The notes beneath the pieces were generated by a model. It ran no database searches. It had not been told where the DNA came from and was given only the letters and a program-made list of their open reading frames with translations. This document shows positions 1 through 8,761 of a stretch of DNA of 64,000 bases, in pieces (the stretch's first letter is position 1; the number at the start of each line of letters is the position of its first letter). The stretch comes from Terracidiphilus sp. (GTDB taxonomy: Bacteria; Acidobacteriota; Terriglobia; Terriglobales; Acidobacteriaceae). The stretch lies in the NCBI GenBank assembly GCA_050014335.1, contig JBEKDN010000001.1, positions 1,980 to 65,979 of the forward strand, read 5' to 3'. Position numbers and translations under genes: made by a program.

Positions 1-354
1 GAAACCCCGGACGATGTCAAGAAAACCTTTGAATTCGCGCGTCGCCTTTTGCGCGATGGTTTGATCAACTATATGTCCTGGCAGGTCGCCACGCCGTATC
101 CCGGTTCTCGTCTTTGGGGGACCGCAAGGAAATTCAACTTGCTCTGTGACTCGCATCGCTTCGGCGACGTGCGCGAAAAAGCCATGAATCTGCCCGGGGT
201 TTCAGAGGCAGACATTCGCCGCTCCTTGCGCCAAGGTTACTTCATCAAGACCTGGTATGCCCTCAAGTCCGGCCATATCAGTTGGAGGCATCTGGCGCGC
301 GCCCGCCAGATTATGGCCATCATGCTCAATCAGGATTGGCTCAAAGCCAAGTGA
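1..354 (+). CDS. C-terminal fragment of a B12-binding/radical-SAM-type enzyme (5' end outside window)
   Basis: Frame 1 is open from nt 1 (ETPDDVKKTFEFARRLL...). The VATPYPGSRLW segment resembles the TPYPGT-x-LY segment that follows the core of B12-binding radical SAM proteins. Stop at 352-354. Confidence 0.5.
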   Translation, partial: ETPDDVKKTFEFARRLLRDGLINYMSWQVATPYPGSRLWGTARKFNLLCDSHRFGDVREKAMNLPGVSEADIRRSLRQGYFIKTWYALKSGHISWRHLARARQIMAIMLNQDWLKAK

Positions 355-469
355 GCCTGCGCCGTCAAAACCCGCTATGCTGCGCCATGATCGCTGTTCT
401 AAACTGTGTAAGCACGCATTCAAGGACTCGATCTCATTGCCGGCCCAACCGGGGAGTGTTAGCTGACAG

Positions 470-1843
470 ATGAATAACCTGAATGTTCTGCTGGTGACCT
501 ATGTTTTTCCTCCAGCCGGCGGCACCGGAGTTATGCGCGCCACCAGCCTTGCGCGCTACTTCCCCGCTGAACAAATCCGCCTTGACGTACTGACCGCGCG
601 CAACGCCTCTTCAGTAGGTTCAGACCCCACCCTGCTCAAAGATATTCCAGACCAGGTCACCGTGCACCGCACCATCGCGCTCGACCTTCCCTTCGGATTC
701 AAAAAGAGGATCAAGAGGCTGATTACCGGAGGAAAGCCATCCAAAGATAGAGCCGCCGCCTCATCCGCCTCAGCTGACAACCCCAGTTTCTTGAAGAAGC
801 TTATCGGAGGCATTCTACAGCCTGATCCGCAAGTGACCTGGCTGCCGGTTGCTATTCGCGCCGCGCGCCGCATTGTTCGGGATCGCAAGATCGACCTAGT
901 ACTCATCACCGTGCCGCCATTTTCCAGCGCGCTCTTAGTTGAAAAACTTAGAAGAGACTTCCCGGAACTGCCTATCGTCGTGGATTTTCGCGACGAATGG
1001 CTCTCCACGGGCATTGACCTCGTCGGCTTTGGCCGTAGCCCGCGAGCCTTCAGAATCGCCCGCAAAGCAGAAGCAAGAGCCATCAACGATGCCACTGCCA
1101 TTGTTGCCGTTACTGAGGGGGCGCGCCGCGAGATTCGCGCTCGCCACCCTGAGCTGCCAGACAGCAAGTTCCAACTTATCTCGAACGGCTACGACTCCAC
1201 CAGGCTGCTCCGCTCGACTCTCTCGCCAATCTCTCCGCACAACGACAAGATCATCGTCACTTATGTGGGCACCATTTACTCTGCCACTGAGCCGGGTACG
1301 CTGATTCAGGCCATACAATCTCTGCCTCCAGAAATTCGTTCCAAATTCAAGCTTCGTTTCATCGGCCACATTCAGGAGACACACTTCCGCGAAGACCTAT
1401 TGCAACTCGGCGATATGGTTGAGCTATTGGGATACCTGCCGCAGCACGAAGCCCTCGCTGCCATGAATCAAACCGACTACGTCCTGCTGCTCAATCACGA
1501 TCATCTGAACGTCGGAGGCAAGTTCTACGACTACATCGGCAGTGGCAAGCCCATCCTCGGCGCGCTTCATCCAGACGGCGACACCTGCCGCCTCTTTGCG
1601 GAGATGCGCGCCGGCTGGTGGGCGCCGATTCACGATGTCGAAGGCATTCGCCGGTTGTTTATCGATGCCGCCGCGCGTGGCAACTCTCTTGCTGCGGAAT
1701 TTCAGCCCGACCGCGAAAAAATCGCCCAGTACGACCGCAAGGTTCTTGCCCAGCGGTACGCTCGCCTGCTGCACAGCATCGCCGCGGGCGGGCACGAAGT
1801 CGCCACAACGAAGCCTGCCGAAACAACGCAAAAGTCATGCTGA
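470..1843 (+). CDS. glycosyltransferase, GT4-like (GT-B fold)
   Basis: 457-aa ORF. N-terminal VLLVTYVFPPAGGTGVMRATSLARYF loop and C-terminal GGKFYDYIGSGKPILG. Its stop overlaps the next start (ATGCTGA, 1837-1843). Confidence 0.75.
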   Translation: MNNLNVLLVTYVFPPAGGTGVMRATSLARYFPAEQIRLDVLTARNASSVGSDPTLLKDIPDQVTVHRTIALDLPFGFKKRIKRLITGGKPSKDRAAASSASADNPSFLKKLIGGILQPDPQVTWLPVAIRAARRIVRDRKIDLVLITVPPFSSALLVEKLRRDFPELPIVVDFRDEWLSTGIDLVGFGRSPRAFRIARKAEARAINDATAIVAVTEGARREIRARHPELPDSKFQLISNGYDSTRLLRSTLSPISPHNDKIIVTYVGTIYSATEPGTLIQAIQSLPPEIRSKFKLRFIGHIQETHFREDLLQLGDMVELLGYLPQHEALAAMNQTDYVLLLNHDHLNVGGKFYDYIGSGKPILGALHPDGDTCRLFAEMRAGWWAPIHDVEGIRRLFIDAAARGNSLAAEFQPDREKIAQYDRKVLAQRYARLLHSIAAGGHEVATTKPAETTQKSC

Positions 1844-3018
1844 AGATCGCCGTCGTTACTCGCTATTTTCCCAGCTCCGCCGAGCCTTGGCAGGGCCGTT
1901 CGATGTATCAGACCTTGCGTCTTCTCGCCCGCCAGGTCGATCTCCGCGTCTTCTATCCCAACGCAAGTTATCCAACGCTGCTCAAGCCGCGCAGCCGCAC
2001 TTACGACCGCCTTGACCGCTCCTTCAGCCCGCCCGATGTGGCCGCAAGCTACTACGACTATCCAGCGCTGCCCGTGCTCTCGCGACCATTCAACGGAGCT
2101 ATGGCGGCCCGCGCTCTGCTTCCGCGCGTGCGCGCCTTTGCCCCCGATCTCATCTTTGGCTGCTTCGTTTATCCGGATAGCTATGCCGCACTCAAAATCG
2201 CCCGAGCCATCAAAGTTCCCGTAGTTGCCATGAGCATCGGCTCGGACATCAACAGCATCGGCGATCCCATCTCAGCCTTGCATACCCGCGCCGTTCTGAG
2301 AGACACTGACTTCCTTATCACCGTCAGTGGCAATCTCCGTCTCAAAGCCATCGCGATGGGCGCTCGCCCTGAGAAAGTCCGAGCCATCGTCAACGGCTGC
2401 GATCTGGCCGTCTTTCGCCCCGCCGACCGCCTTGAAGCAAAACGCAAGTTTGGCATCGATCAAGACAGCGAGGCCGTCGTCTACATTGGGCGCATGGATG
2501 TGAAGAAAGGTCTTCGCGAACTGGTCGAGGCCGCTGCAATGCTGCACCGCAGCCGTCCCAGGCTTCACTTTTATATGGTTGGCGCGGGGCCAGACTGGCC
2601 GCTGATTGATAACCATATTCTAGCCCGCAATGCCGCCAGTTACATCCATGCATTGCCCGCCTGTGCCTTTGACGAGGTCGCGGTCTGGATGGCCGCCGCC
2701 GACCTTGTCACCCTGCCGAGTTACATGGAAGGCTGCCCCAATGTTGTGCTCGAGGCGCTAGCCAGTGGCAGGCCAGTCGTCGCCACCAACGTCGGCGGCA
2801 TTCCTGAGATCCTTAGCGATGAATGCGGTGAACTTGTCCCTCCCAGAGATGCTGCGGCACTGGCGCATGCGCTGGCATCGGTCCTCGACAAGAACTGGAA
2901 CCCCGCAGCCATCTCAGCTCGCGGCAGCCGTAGCTGGGATGCCGTCGTAGCAGAGCTATTGCAAGTCTTCAAAACTCTGCTATTGAACCCCGGAAAAGGG
3001 AAGGCCAATGCCCTCTAA
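1837..3018 (+). CDS. glycosyltransferase family 4
   Basis: ATG at 1837 gives MLKIAVVTRYFPSS... The long upstream extension in the ORF track is Arg-rich nonsense. C-terminal EGCPNVVLEALASGRPVVATNVGGIPEIL matches the GT4 E-x7-E region. Confidence 0.85.
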   Translation: MLKIAVVTRYFPSSAEPWQGRSMYQTLRLLARQVDLRVFYPNASYPTLLKPRSRTYDRLDRSFSPPDVAASYYDYPALPVLSRPFNGAMAARALLPRVRAFAPDLIFGCFVYPDSYAALKIARAIKVPVVAMSIGSDINSIGDPISALHTRAVLRDTDFLITVSGNLRLKAIAMGARPEKVRAIVNGCDLAVFRPADRLEAKRKFGIDQDSEAVVYIGRMDVKKGLRELVEAAAMLHRSRPRLHFYMVGAGPDWPLIDNHILARNAASYIHALPACAFDEVAVWMAAADLVTLPSYMEGCPNVVLEALASGRPVVATNVGGIPEILSDECGELVPPRDAAALAHALASVLDKNWNPAAISARGSRSWDAVVAELLQVFKTLLLNPGKGKANAL

Positions 3019-3634
3019 CTCAATGCGCCAAACCGCACTTCGCCGCGCCGCCCGCAGTCTCTATCGCTTGCTCGCCGCCATCGGCCTTCTTACGGTATTA
3101 GTCATCTCGACGCCTCTCGTCTCCTGGTGGGCGCGTGCTTACTCCGGCCCGATCCAGCGGCCCAATGGCGATATTCTTATCCTTCTAAGTGCCGCCAATG
3201 ACGACCGTGGCGGTCTTTCCTACTCTTCCTTCTGGCGCGCCCGGCAGGCAATCTACGCCTGGCAGACCGGCGGATTCCAGAAGATCGTGATCAGTGGCGG
3301 CGCAGGCCCTGGCATCCTCAACTACCTCGTCGCGGAAGGCATTCCTCGCGATGCAATCCTGGCCGAATGGAACTCCACAAGCACCCGCCAAAGCGGTCTC
3401 GCACTGGCGCAGTTGCTTAGCAGCATGCCCGGCCGCAAGGTACTTCTCACCAGCGATTTTCATATTTATCGCGCGCTTCGGGTCTTCCGCAAGCTCCAAG
3501 TTGATGTAACGCCAATGCCCGCCCCCGATGCGCTGCAGTTAGCCGACCACTGGAACAGCCGCTTCTCTGTTTTTGAAACCCTGCTCACCGAAACCTGGAA
3601 GATCGTCTACTACGGCCTGCGCGGCTGGATTTAG
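3008..3634 (+). CDS. DUF218 / YdcF-SanA-like membrane-anchored protein
   Basis: N-terminal TM helix, then DILILLSAAND, VISGGAG and TSDFHIYRALRVF motifs typical of DUF218. Overlaps the previous gene by 11 nt. Confidence 0.7.
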   Translation: MPSNSMRQTALRRAARSLYRLLAAIGLLTVLVISTPLVSWWARAYSGPIQRPNGDILILLSAANDDRGGLSYSSFWRARQAIYAWQTGGFQKIVISGGAGPGILNYLVAEGIPRDAILAEWNSTSTRQSGLALAQLLSSMPGRKVLLTSDFHIYRALRVFRKLQVDVTPMPAPDALQLADHWNSRFSVFETLLTETWKIVYYGLRGWI

Positions 3635-3644
3635 CGCCGCCGAA

Positions 3645-4709
3645 TTACTTAGTCGCTTTCCCGTTAGCCTTCGCCGCCATCCCAACTGACTCAGGAATCG
3701 TGCCGGCGGCCTGCGAATCTTGCAGCTTGTAAAGCAAGGATCGATAGCTGATATTGAGCCATTTCGCCGTCTTGCGGCGACTCCAGCCATTTGCCTCAAG
3801 AACCTTCAGAATGATCTGCCTTTCCAGATCCTGCGTAGCGGCTCGCGTAATCTCCTTCAATGAGACCGGAACCGTCAAATCGATCTTGCCAATCAGCTTT
3901 GTTGGAACCGCCGGCAGAGATGGCGTCAACTCGGCAGCCAGCGTCTCTTCACTGCCGATCAGCGTGTAACTGCGAATCATGTTCTCCAGTTGCCGAATAT
4001 TTCCGGGCCAGTCGAAGCGCTGCATCATGCGCATCACCTCGCGCGAGAGCGGCTTGGGGCTGCGCCTGAAGGCCTTCGAGTGCAATTCCAGAAAATAATC
4101 CACCAGCATCGGCAGATCCTCGGCGCGCGCGCGCAACGGCGGCAAATCGATCGTCACCGCATTGATGCGGAAGAAGAAATCCAGCCGGAAGGCGCCGTTC
4201 TCGGTCTGTTGGCGCAGATTCTCACTGGCGGCGCTGATTAGCCTCAGATTCACCTGCCGCGATTCTTGTGCTCCAACCCGCATGAAGCTGCCATCCTGAA
4301 GCATCTGCAGCAGCTTGGCCTGCACGGAAAGGTCTAGGTCGCCAATTTCATCCAGAAACAGCGTACCCATATGCGCCAGTTCCACACGACCGCGCTTGGT
4401 TGTATACGCACCGGTGAAGGCCCCTTTTTCATAACCAAATAACTCACTCTCGATCAGCGTGTGTGGGATCGCCGGACAGGTCACCTTCACCCACGCCCCT
4501 TGAGAGCGATTCGAGTACGCATGAAGCAGCTTGGCAAAGATATCCTTGCCGGTTCCGCTCTCGCCCTGCAGAAGCACGGCAACAGTTGTGTCTGCCACCC
4601 TTTCCAGCTTTTCGCGCGCAGCCGCCATCAGGGCGGAATGCCCAAAGATCAGCTCCGTTGGCGGCAGATCGTCGAATCGGGGTGTCTCCGTTATGCGCGT
4701 AAATGCCAT
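3645..4709 (-). CDS. sigma-54-dependent transcriptional activator lacking an N-terminal sensory/receiver domain (AAA+ plus Fis-type HTH only)
   Basis: Walker A GESGTGKD about 50 aa from the N-terminus, GAFTGA loop (YEKGAFTGAY), Walker B LFLDEIGD, and C-terminal HTH WSRRKTAKWLNISYRSLLYKL. Confidence 0.9.
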   Translation of the reverse strand: MAFTRITETPRFDDLPPTELIFGHSALMAAAREKLERVADTTVAVLLQGESGTGKDIFAKLLHAYSNRSQGAWVKVTCPAIPHTLIESELFGYEKGAFTGAYTTKRGRVELAHMGTLFLDEIGDLDLSVQAKLLQMLQDGSFMRVGAQESRQVNLRLISAASENLRQQTENGAFRLDFFFRINAVTIDLPPLRARAEDLPMLVDYFLELHSKAFRRSPKPLSREVMRMMQRFDWPGNIRQLENMIRSYTLIGSEETLAAELTPSLPAVPTKLIGKIDLTVPVSLKEITRAATQDLERQIILKVLEANGWSRRKTAKWLNISYRSLLYKLQDSQAAGTIPESVGMAAKANGKATK

Positions 4710-4799
4710 CGTCTGTCCAGATTCTCCATCTTCCGTTCAGATTCGCGGGGGTTCATTTCTTTGTATGCAACTTCTCTGCCATAAGACAAGAATCAGATT

Positions 4800-4816
4800 C
4801 GCACCGAGCATTCCAA
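4800..4816 (-). promoter_or_regulatory. weak candidate sigma-54 (-24/-12) promoter upstream of the receiver-less activator gene
   Basis: The minus strand reads TTGGAATGCTCGGTGCG. GG and GC have canonical spacing, and it matches 9 of 12 specified consensus positions of TGGCACG-N4-TTGCW. It lies about 90 nt upstream of the start at 4709. Confidence 0.2.
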
Positions 4817-5170
4817 CGCGCTGGTCACTTAAACGATAGATGTGGGTAATCCTCGCCTCGCTCATCGGTTCTTAGCGCGTTTTTTCTTAAAATATGTGTA
4901 AATATTTGCGCATAATAGCGAATCAATTACCACTTTTCGATGGTACTATGGGGGAGATGTAACGTGCGCTTTGAATCTGCGCGGGAGCGACCCCCCTATC
5001 CCTCCCAGTGCAGGATGTCCCTGGGTTAACAAAGTTTTTTATATCTCCTTCCGCGGACCACGGAAGGATAGCTGAAGTGTTTTTTGTTCTTGCTTCGGCA
5101 ACAACCATGAGGCGCGCGCATTTTCAGAGACGAGAAGGAACCGGGTCTGATTGAATTTCCAGGAGATTGA

Positions 5171-6613
5171 ATGAAGACGAAGAGCCATAGCAAGCCGCAA
5201 ATTGCAGCTCTGGATCCTGATCCCGCCATACTGAACTACTTGCACCGCATCCTCGCGGACCGCTTTGAAACACGCCTGTTTACAGAGGCGCCAGAGCTTA
5301 CCAAAAGCTTGAAAGACTCCTTTACGCCAGATCTGCTTCTATTGGATTGGCACATCGGCGGCGACTTCTCCGGCGCGCGCGCCCTCCAGTTGCTGGCCGA
5401 GCTTCGCGCCTCTCGGCCTGCTCTACCCATCATCCTTCTTGCCTGCTCGGCTGAGTTGAAGGAAGTGGTAGCGGCAACCCGTTTGGGCGCGACGGACGTC
5501 ATTCTCAAGCCCTTCCGGAAGAGCGAAATCGATCAAGCGGTGCTGGCTTGCCTCAAAGAGGCCGCTGAGCCCCCTGCCCACGACGAAGATGAAATCAAAG
5601 AAATTCCCCTCGATGAAAACACCTCCTTTGTCCGCGCCTGCGCCCGGATGCGTGAAATTGAATCCCAATGCCGCCTGGTCGCGCGCGCCGATATTCCCGT
5701 TTTGATCCTCGGCGAGAGCGGCACCGGCAAGGAAGTCGCAACGCTGTTCATCCACAAAATGTCGGCTCGCAGCCAGCGCACGTTCATGAAAGTCAATTGC
5801 GCCGCCATGCCCGCCGATCTGCTTGAGAGCGAACTGTTCGGCTATGAGCCCGGCGCCTTTACCGGAGCCATCAAAGCCAAGCCCGGCAAATTTGAAATCT
5901 GCAACAACGGCACTATCTTTCTCGACGAAATTGGCGAGATGCCCGCCGTGCTGCAAGCCAAGCTCCTCCAGGTTCTTCAAGACGGAAGCTTCTCTCGCCT
6001 TGGCAGCCGCACCAGCGTCAAAGTTGACGTTCGCGTCATCGCCGCCACCAACATCGACATCAAATCGGCCATCGCGCAAAAGACCTTTCGCGAGGATCTT
6101 TACTACCGCCTCAATGGTTTCACGCTCAAAATGCCGCCATTGCGCGAGCGCACCGAGGAAATACCAATTCTCGCGCGCCACTTCATGCGCAAAGTAGCCG
6201 CAAAATATGAGCGGGAGGCGCTGCCTATCTCGCCCGCGCTGCTGAGAGCACTTGCCAGCTATTCATGGCCGGGCAATCTGCGCGAGTTGGAAAACACGAT
6301 CAAGCGCTACCTTATCCTCGCCGATGAGCAGGCAATCATTGACGAACTGGCTCCCCACCTAAGCGCCGAATCGCCAACGCTAGAGGGCGAGGACGCAGGC
6401 ATTAACGGCAGCCTCAAGCATCTGGTTCGAAACTTGAAAGACGGCGCGGAATCCGTCGCCATCTCAAGAACATTGGAGAGTACGGGATGGAACCGAAAGG
6501 CAGCCGCAAGCGAGTTGCAAATCAGCTACAAAGCACTGTTGTACAAAATCAAGCAGTACAATCTGATTCCTCCGCAGCGGCAATTCAGTCAGGCACTGCG
6601 CTTCAAAGCCTGA
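5171..6613 (+). CDS. NtrC-family sigma-54-dependent response regulator (receiver + AAA+ + HTH)
   Basis: Receiver with LLLLDW acidic pocket, GESGTGKE Walker A, GAFTGA (YEPGAFTGAI), and C-terminal WNRKAAASELQISYKALLYKI HTH. GGAG lies 6 nt upstream of the ATG. Confidence 0.9.
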   Translation: MKTKSHSKPQIAALDPDPAILNYLHRILADRFETRLFTEAPELTKSLKDSFTPDLLLLDWHIGGDFSGARALQLLAELRASRPALPIILLACSAELKEVVAATRLGATDVILKPFRKSEIDQAVLACLKEAAEPPAHDEDEIKEIPLDENTSFVRACARMREIESQCRLVARADIPVLILGESGTGKEVATLFIHKMSARSQRTFMKVNCAAMPADLLESELFGYEPGAFTGAIKAKPGKFEICNNGTIFLDEIGEMPAVLQAKLLQVLQDGSFSRLGSRTSVKVDVRVIAATNIDIKSAIAQKTFREDLYYRLNGFTLKMPPLRERTEEIPILARHFMRKVAAKYEREALPISPALLRALASYSWPGNLRELENTIKRYLILADEQAIIDELAPHLSAESPTLEGEDAGINGSLKHLVRNLKDGAESVAISRTLESTGWNRKAAASELQISYKALLYKIKQYNLIPPQRQFSQALRFKA

Positions 6614-7143
6614 GCGCTGCCCATCCGGCGCAGCCCAATGGGCACCTCGCGCATAGCGAAGACCACCGGACGCTGAGCGAAGGACATCCGACCAACTCGG
6701 AAAAAGTTGTCGTTCAATTCGGAGATAGAACCATCAAAGGCTACCTTGACGCCCCCGCCTGGGACACTGTCGAGGAGCTGTTGGGCCATGCTCCACACAC
6801 CTCGCCTGAAACCTTCCGCGTCCGTCTGCTAGATTCCAACCTCGTGGAAGATGTCTCCGCCAAGGATGTCAAAGCCGTCTTCTACGTCAACAATTTCGAC
6901 GGCGACTCGGATCACGAGATTCTCAACTTCCACTCCCGCGCGCCCATCATCCACGGCATCTGGATGCGCCTCCAATTTATCGATGGCGAAGTCATGGAAG
7001 GCATCGTCTACAACTCCATCCGCTACCTTATCGATCCCGGTTTCTTCCTTCTCCCAACCGATCCTGACAGCAACAACAAAGTGGTCTACGTCCGCAAAAG
7101 CCGACTGGTAGACCATCGCGTGCTGGGTATGCGGAAACTGTAG
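6487..7143 (+). CDS. conserved hypothetical protein (Q/S/A-rich N-terminus, then two beta-rich repeats)
   Basis: The only canonical in-frame start is ATG 6487 (GGAGAG, 6-nt spacer). The C-terminal 150 aa are protein-like (KAVFYVNNFDGD..., GFFLLPTDPDSNNKVVYV). Overlaps the upstream regulator by 127 nt. Confidence 0.55.
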   Translation: MEPKGSRKRVANQLQSTVVQNQAVQSDSSAAAIQSGTALQSLSAAHPAQPNGHLAHSEDHRTLSEGHPTNSEKVVVQFGDRTIKGYLDAPAWDTVEELLGHAPHTSPETFRVRLLDSNLVEDVSAKDVKAVFYVNNFDGDSDHEILNFHSRAPIIHGIWMRLQFIDGEVMEGIVYNSIRYLIDPGFFLLPTDPDSNNKVVYVRKSRLVDHRVLGMRKL

Positions 7144-7244
7144 TTTGTTCTTGCGCTCGATGCGAAAGTGCCGGCCCGCGACGCGATCCGAAGCTCTATT
7201 TTGGCAGGTACGGGAAGCTGACAAATCGCCCAACTCATTGAACC

Positions 7245-7583
7245 TCAGGCCTCGGCCTGCCGCTGCATCGAATAATGAAGAATCTCAGCCGCAACCCCGG
7301 TCATCTGGCTGGAAGTATTGTCGGTCCGCAACACCCGTCCCTGGCCCCGAATCAAGCAAACCGTCGAGAGAGTGATCTCTGGCGGCAGTTCCACTAAAAA
7401 CTCAAAATCGCCACCAATAAGTGAACTGTCCGCCACATCCATATAGAAATAGACTCCCCGGTTGCTCAAGTCCCTGGTAAAGCCGGGAATCTGGCGATTG
7501 CCCAGGATGACCGTAAAGGGCGCATTGAGCCCGAAGCGCTTGCCCTCACGCCGGTCGATTGCCGTTTGTGCCTTTGCCGCCAT
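7245..7583 (-). CDS. PilZ-domain c-di-GMP receptor
   Basis: 112 aa with REGKR (RxxxR) followed 26 residues later by DLSNRG (DxSxxG), the two PilZ c-di-GMP binding motifs. Confidence 0.75.
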   Translation of the reverse strand: MAAKAQTAIDRREGKRFGLNAPFTVILGNRQIPGFTRDLSNRGVYFYMDVADSSLIGGDFEFLVELPPEITLSTVCLIRGQGRVLRTDNTSSQMTGVAAEILHYSMQRQAEA

Positions 7584-7777
7584 TTGTTGTCTTCCTCACG
7601 AACAAGGCCCGTGGAGTTTCGCTCCCTGCCACATTTTTCCTGCAGCTCCAGTTCCTCAAGGCTCGTCAATGCCAGTTACGACGGTTCTTCGCCGTGAGTA
7701 CTACGTGTCTCATAGCAATCTCAAGGCCTAATTAATCTTCAATGAATGTGAGAGTTATCACTCACAGAATGCAGTCC

Positions 7778-7795
7778 TATGCAATCTTCTGCATA
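7778..7795. promoter_or_regulatory. perfect 6-N6-6 palindrome (TATGCA-ATCTTC-TGCATA), a possible operator
   Basis: Read directly. It lies about 85-100 nt upstream of the ABC ATPase start, in an AT-rich gap. Confidence 0.25.
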
Positions 7796-7879
7796 CTTTA
7801 TGGGAAGAATCTGAGTACTCTAGCTCAGACGGCGCTGTTTCCGCGGGCTTCTTGATCAAACGAGTGCGGGCGCGATGCA

Positions 7880-8761
7880 ATGAAATACGATGGCATCATG
7901 GCTCCGCTTTTGGAAATTCGTAACTTGAAGATTTATTTTGGCGCGGCAGAGGCGGTGCGCGGCGTCGATCTGCGGTTGGATGAGGGAGAAGTGCTCGGCC
8001 TTGTGGGCGAATCGGGATCGGGCAAGAGCGCCACCGCCCTTGCCATTCTTGGATTGCTCGGTCCCTCCGCACAGGTCGCAGGCCAGATCTTATGGCATGC
8101 CAACCAGACCGAAGCCGCTGCGGCGGTCGATCTTTTGCGTCAGCCGCCCAAGGCCATGCGGCGGATCCGAGGCAGGCAGATCGCAATGATTTTTCAGGAG
8201 CCGATGACGGCCTTGAACCCCGTCATGCGGATCGGCCATCAAGTGGCGGAATGTGCCCAGGCGCATTTCCCCTCGTGGACCGGAAGAGAGGCCAGAGGCA
8301 AGGCCTTGGCCGCGCTTGAGTCTGTCGCAATTCCCGATGCGGCGCAGCGCTATGGGGACTATCCACATCAGTTTTCCGGCGGCCAGCGCCAGAGGATTCT
8401 GATCGCCATGGCGTTGATCAACCGTCCGCGCCTGCTGATTGCCGACGAGCCCACGACGGCGCTCGATGTAACCGTTCAGGCACAGGTCCTGGAGTTGCTC
8501 CGTGAGTTACAACAGAAGCACGGGCTGGCGCTGCTTTTCATCTCACACGATCTGGCAGTGGTTGGCGAGGTGGCAAGCCGGATTGCGGTAATGCGCGCAG
8601 GAAAAATCGTGGAAACCGGCGGTTGCGCGCAGTTGCTCACTGCGCCGCAACACCCCTACACACGCAGTCTATTGGCCGCCGTCCCCACGTTGCGCAGCGA
8701 CCGAAGCCAGCCACTGGCCATGGTGCCCAATCCTCAGGAGATCGCCCGGAAGAGCCAGTAG
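7880..8761 (+). CDS. ABC transporter ATP-binding protein, DppD/OppD-like
   Basis: Walker A GESGSGKS, signature FSGGQRQR, Walker [14 protein letters not shown]-loop SHDL. Start uncertain (ATG 7880 or 7898). Confidence 0.85.
   Translation: MKYDGIMAPLLEIRNLKIYFGAAEAVRGVDLRLDEGEVLGLVGESGSGKSATALAILGLLGPSAQVAGQILWHANQTEAAAAVDLLRQPPKAMRRIRGRQIAMIFQEPMTALNPVMRIGHQVAECAQAHFPSWTGREARGKALAALESVAIPDAAQRYGDYPHQFSGGQRQRILIAMALINRPRLLIADEPTTALDVTVQAQVLELLRELQQKHGLALLFISHDLAVVGEVASRIAVMRAGKIVETGGCAQLLTAPQHPYTRSLLAAVPTLRSDRSQPLAMVPNPQEIARKSQ

Noticed and set aside
5047-5067. 7-bp hairpin CCTTCCG-N7-CGGAAGG in the response-regulator leader, considered as an attenuator or terminator
   Set aside because: The nearest T-run (5080-5085) is 12 nt away from the stem, so it does not form a canonical intrinsic terminator. 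It has no obvious alternative pairing.
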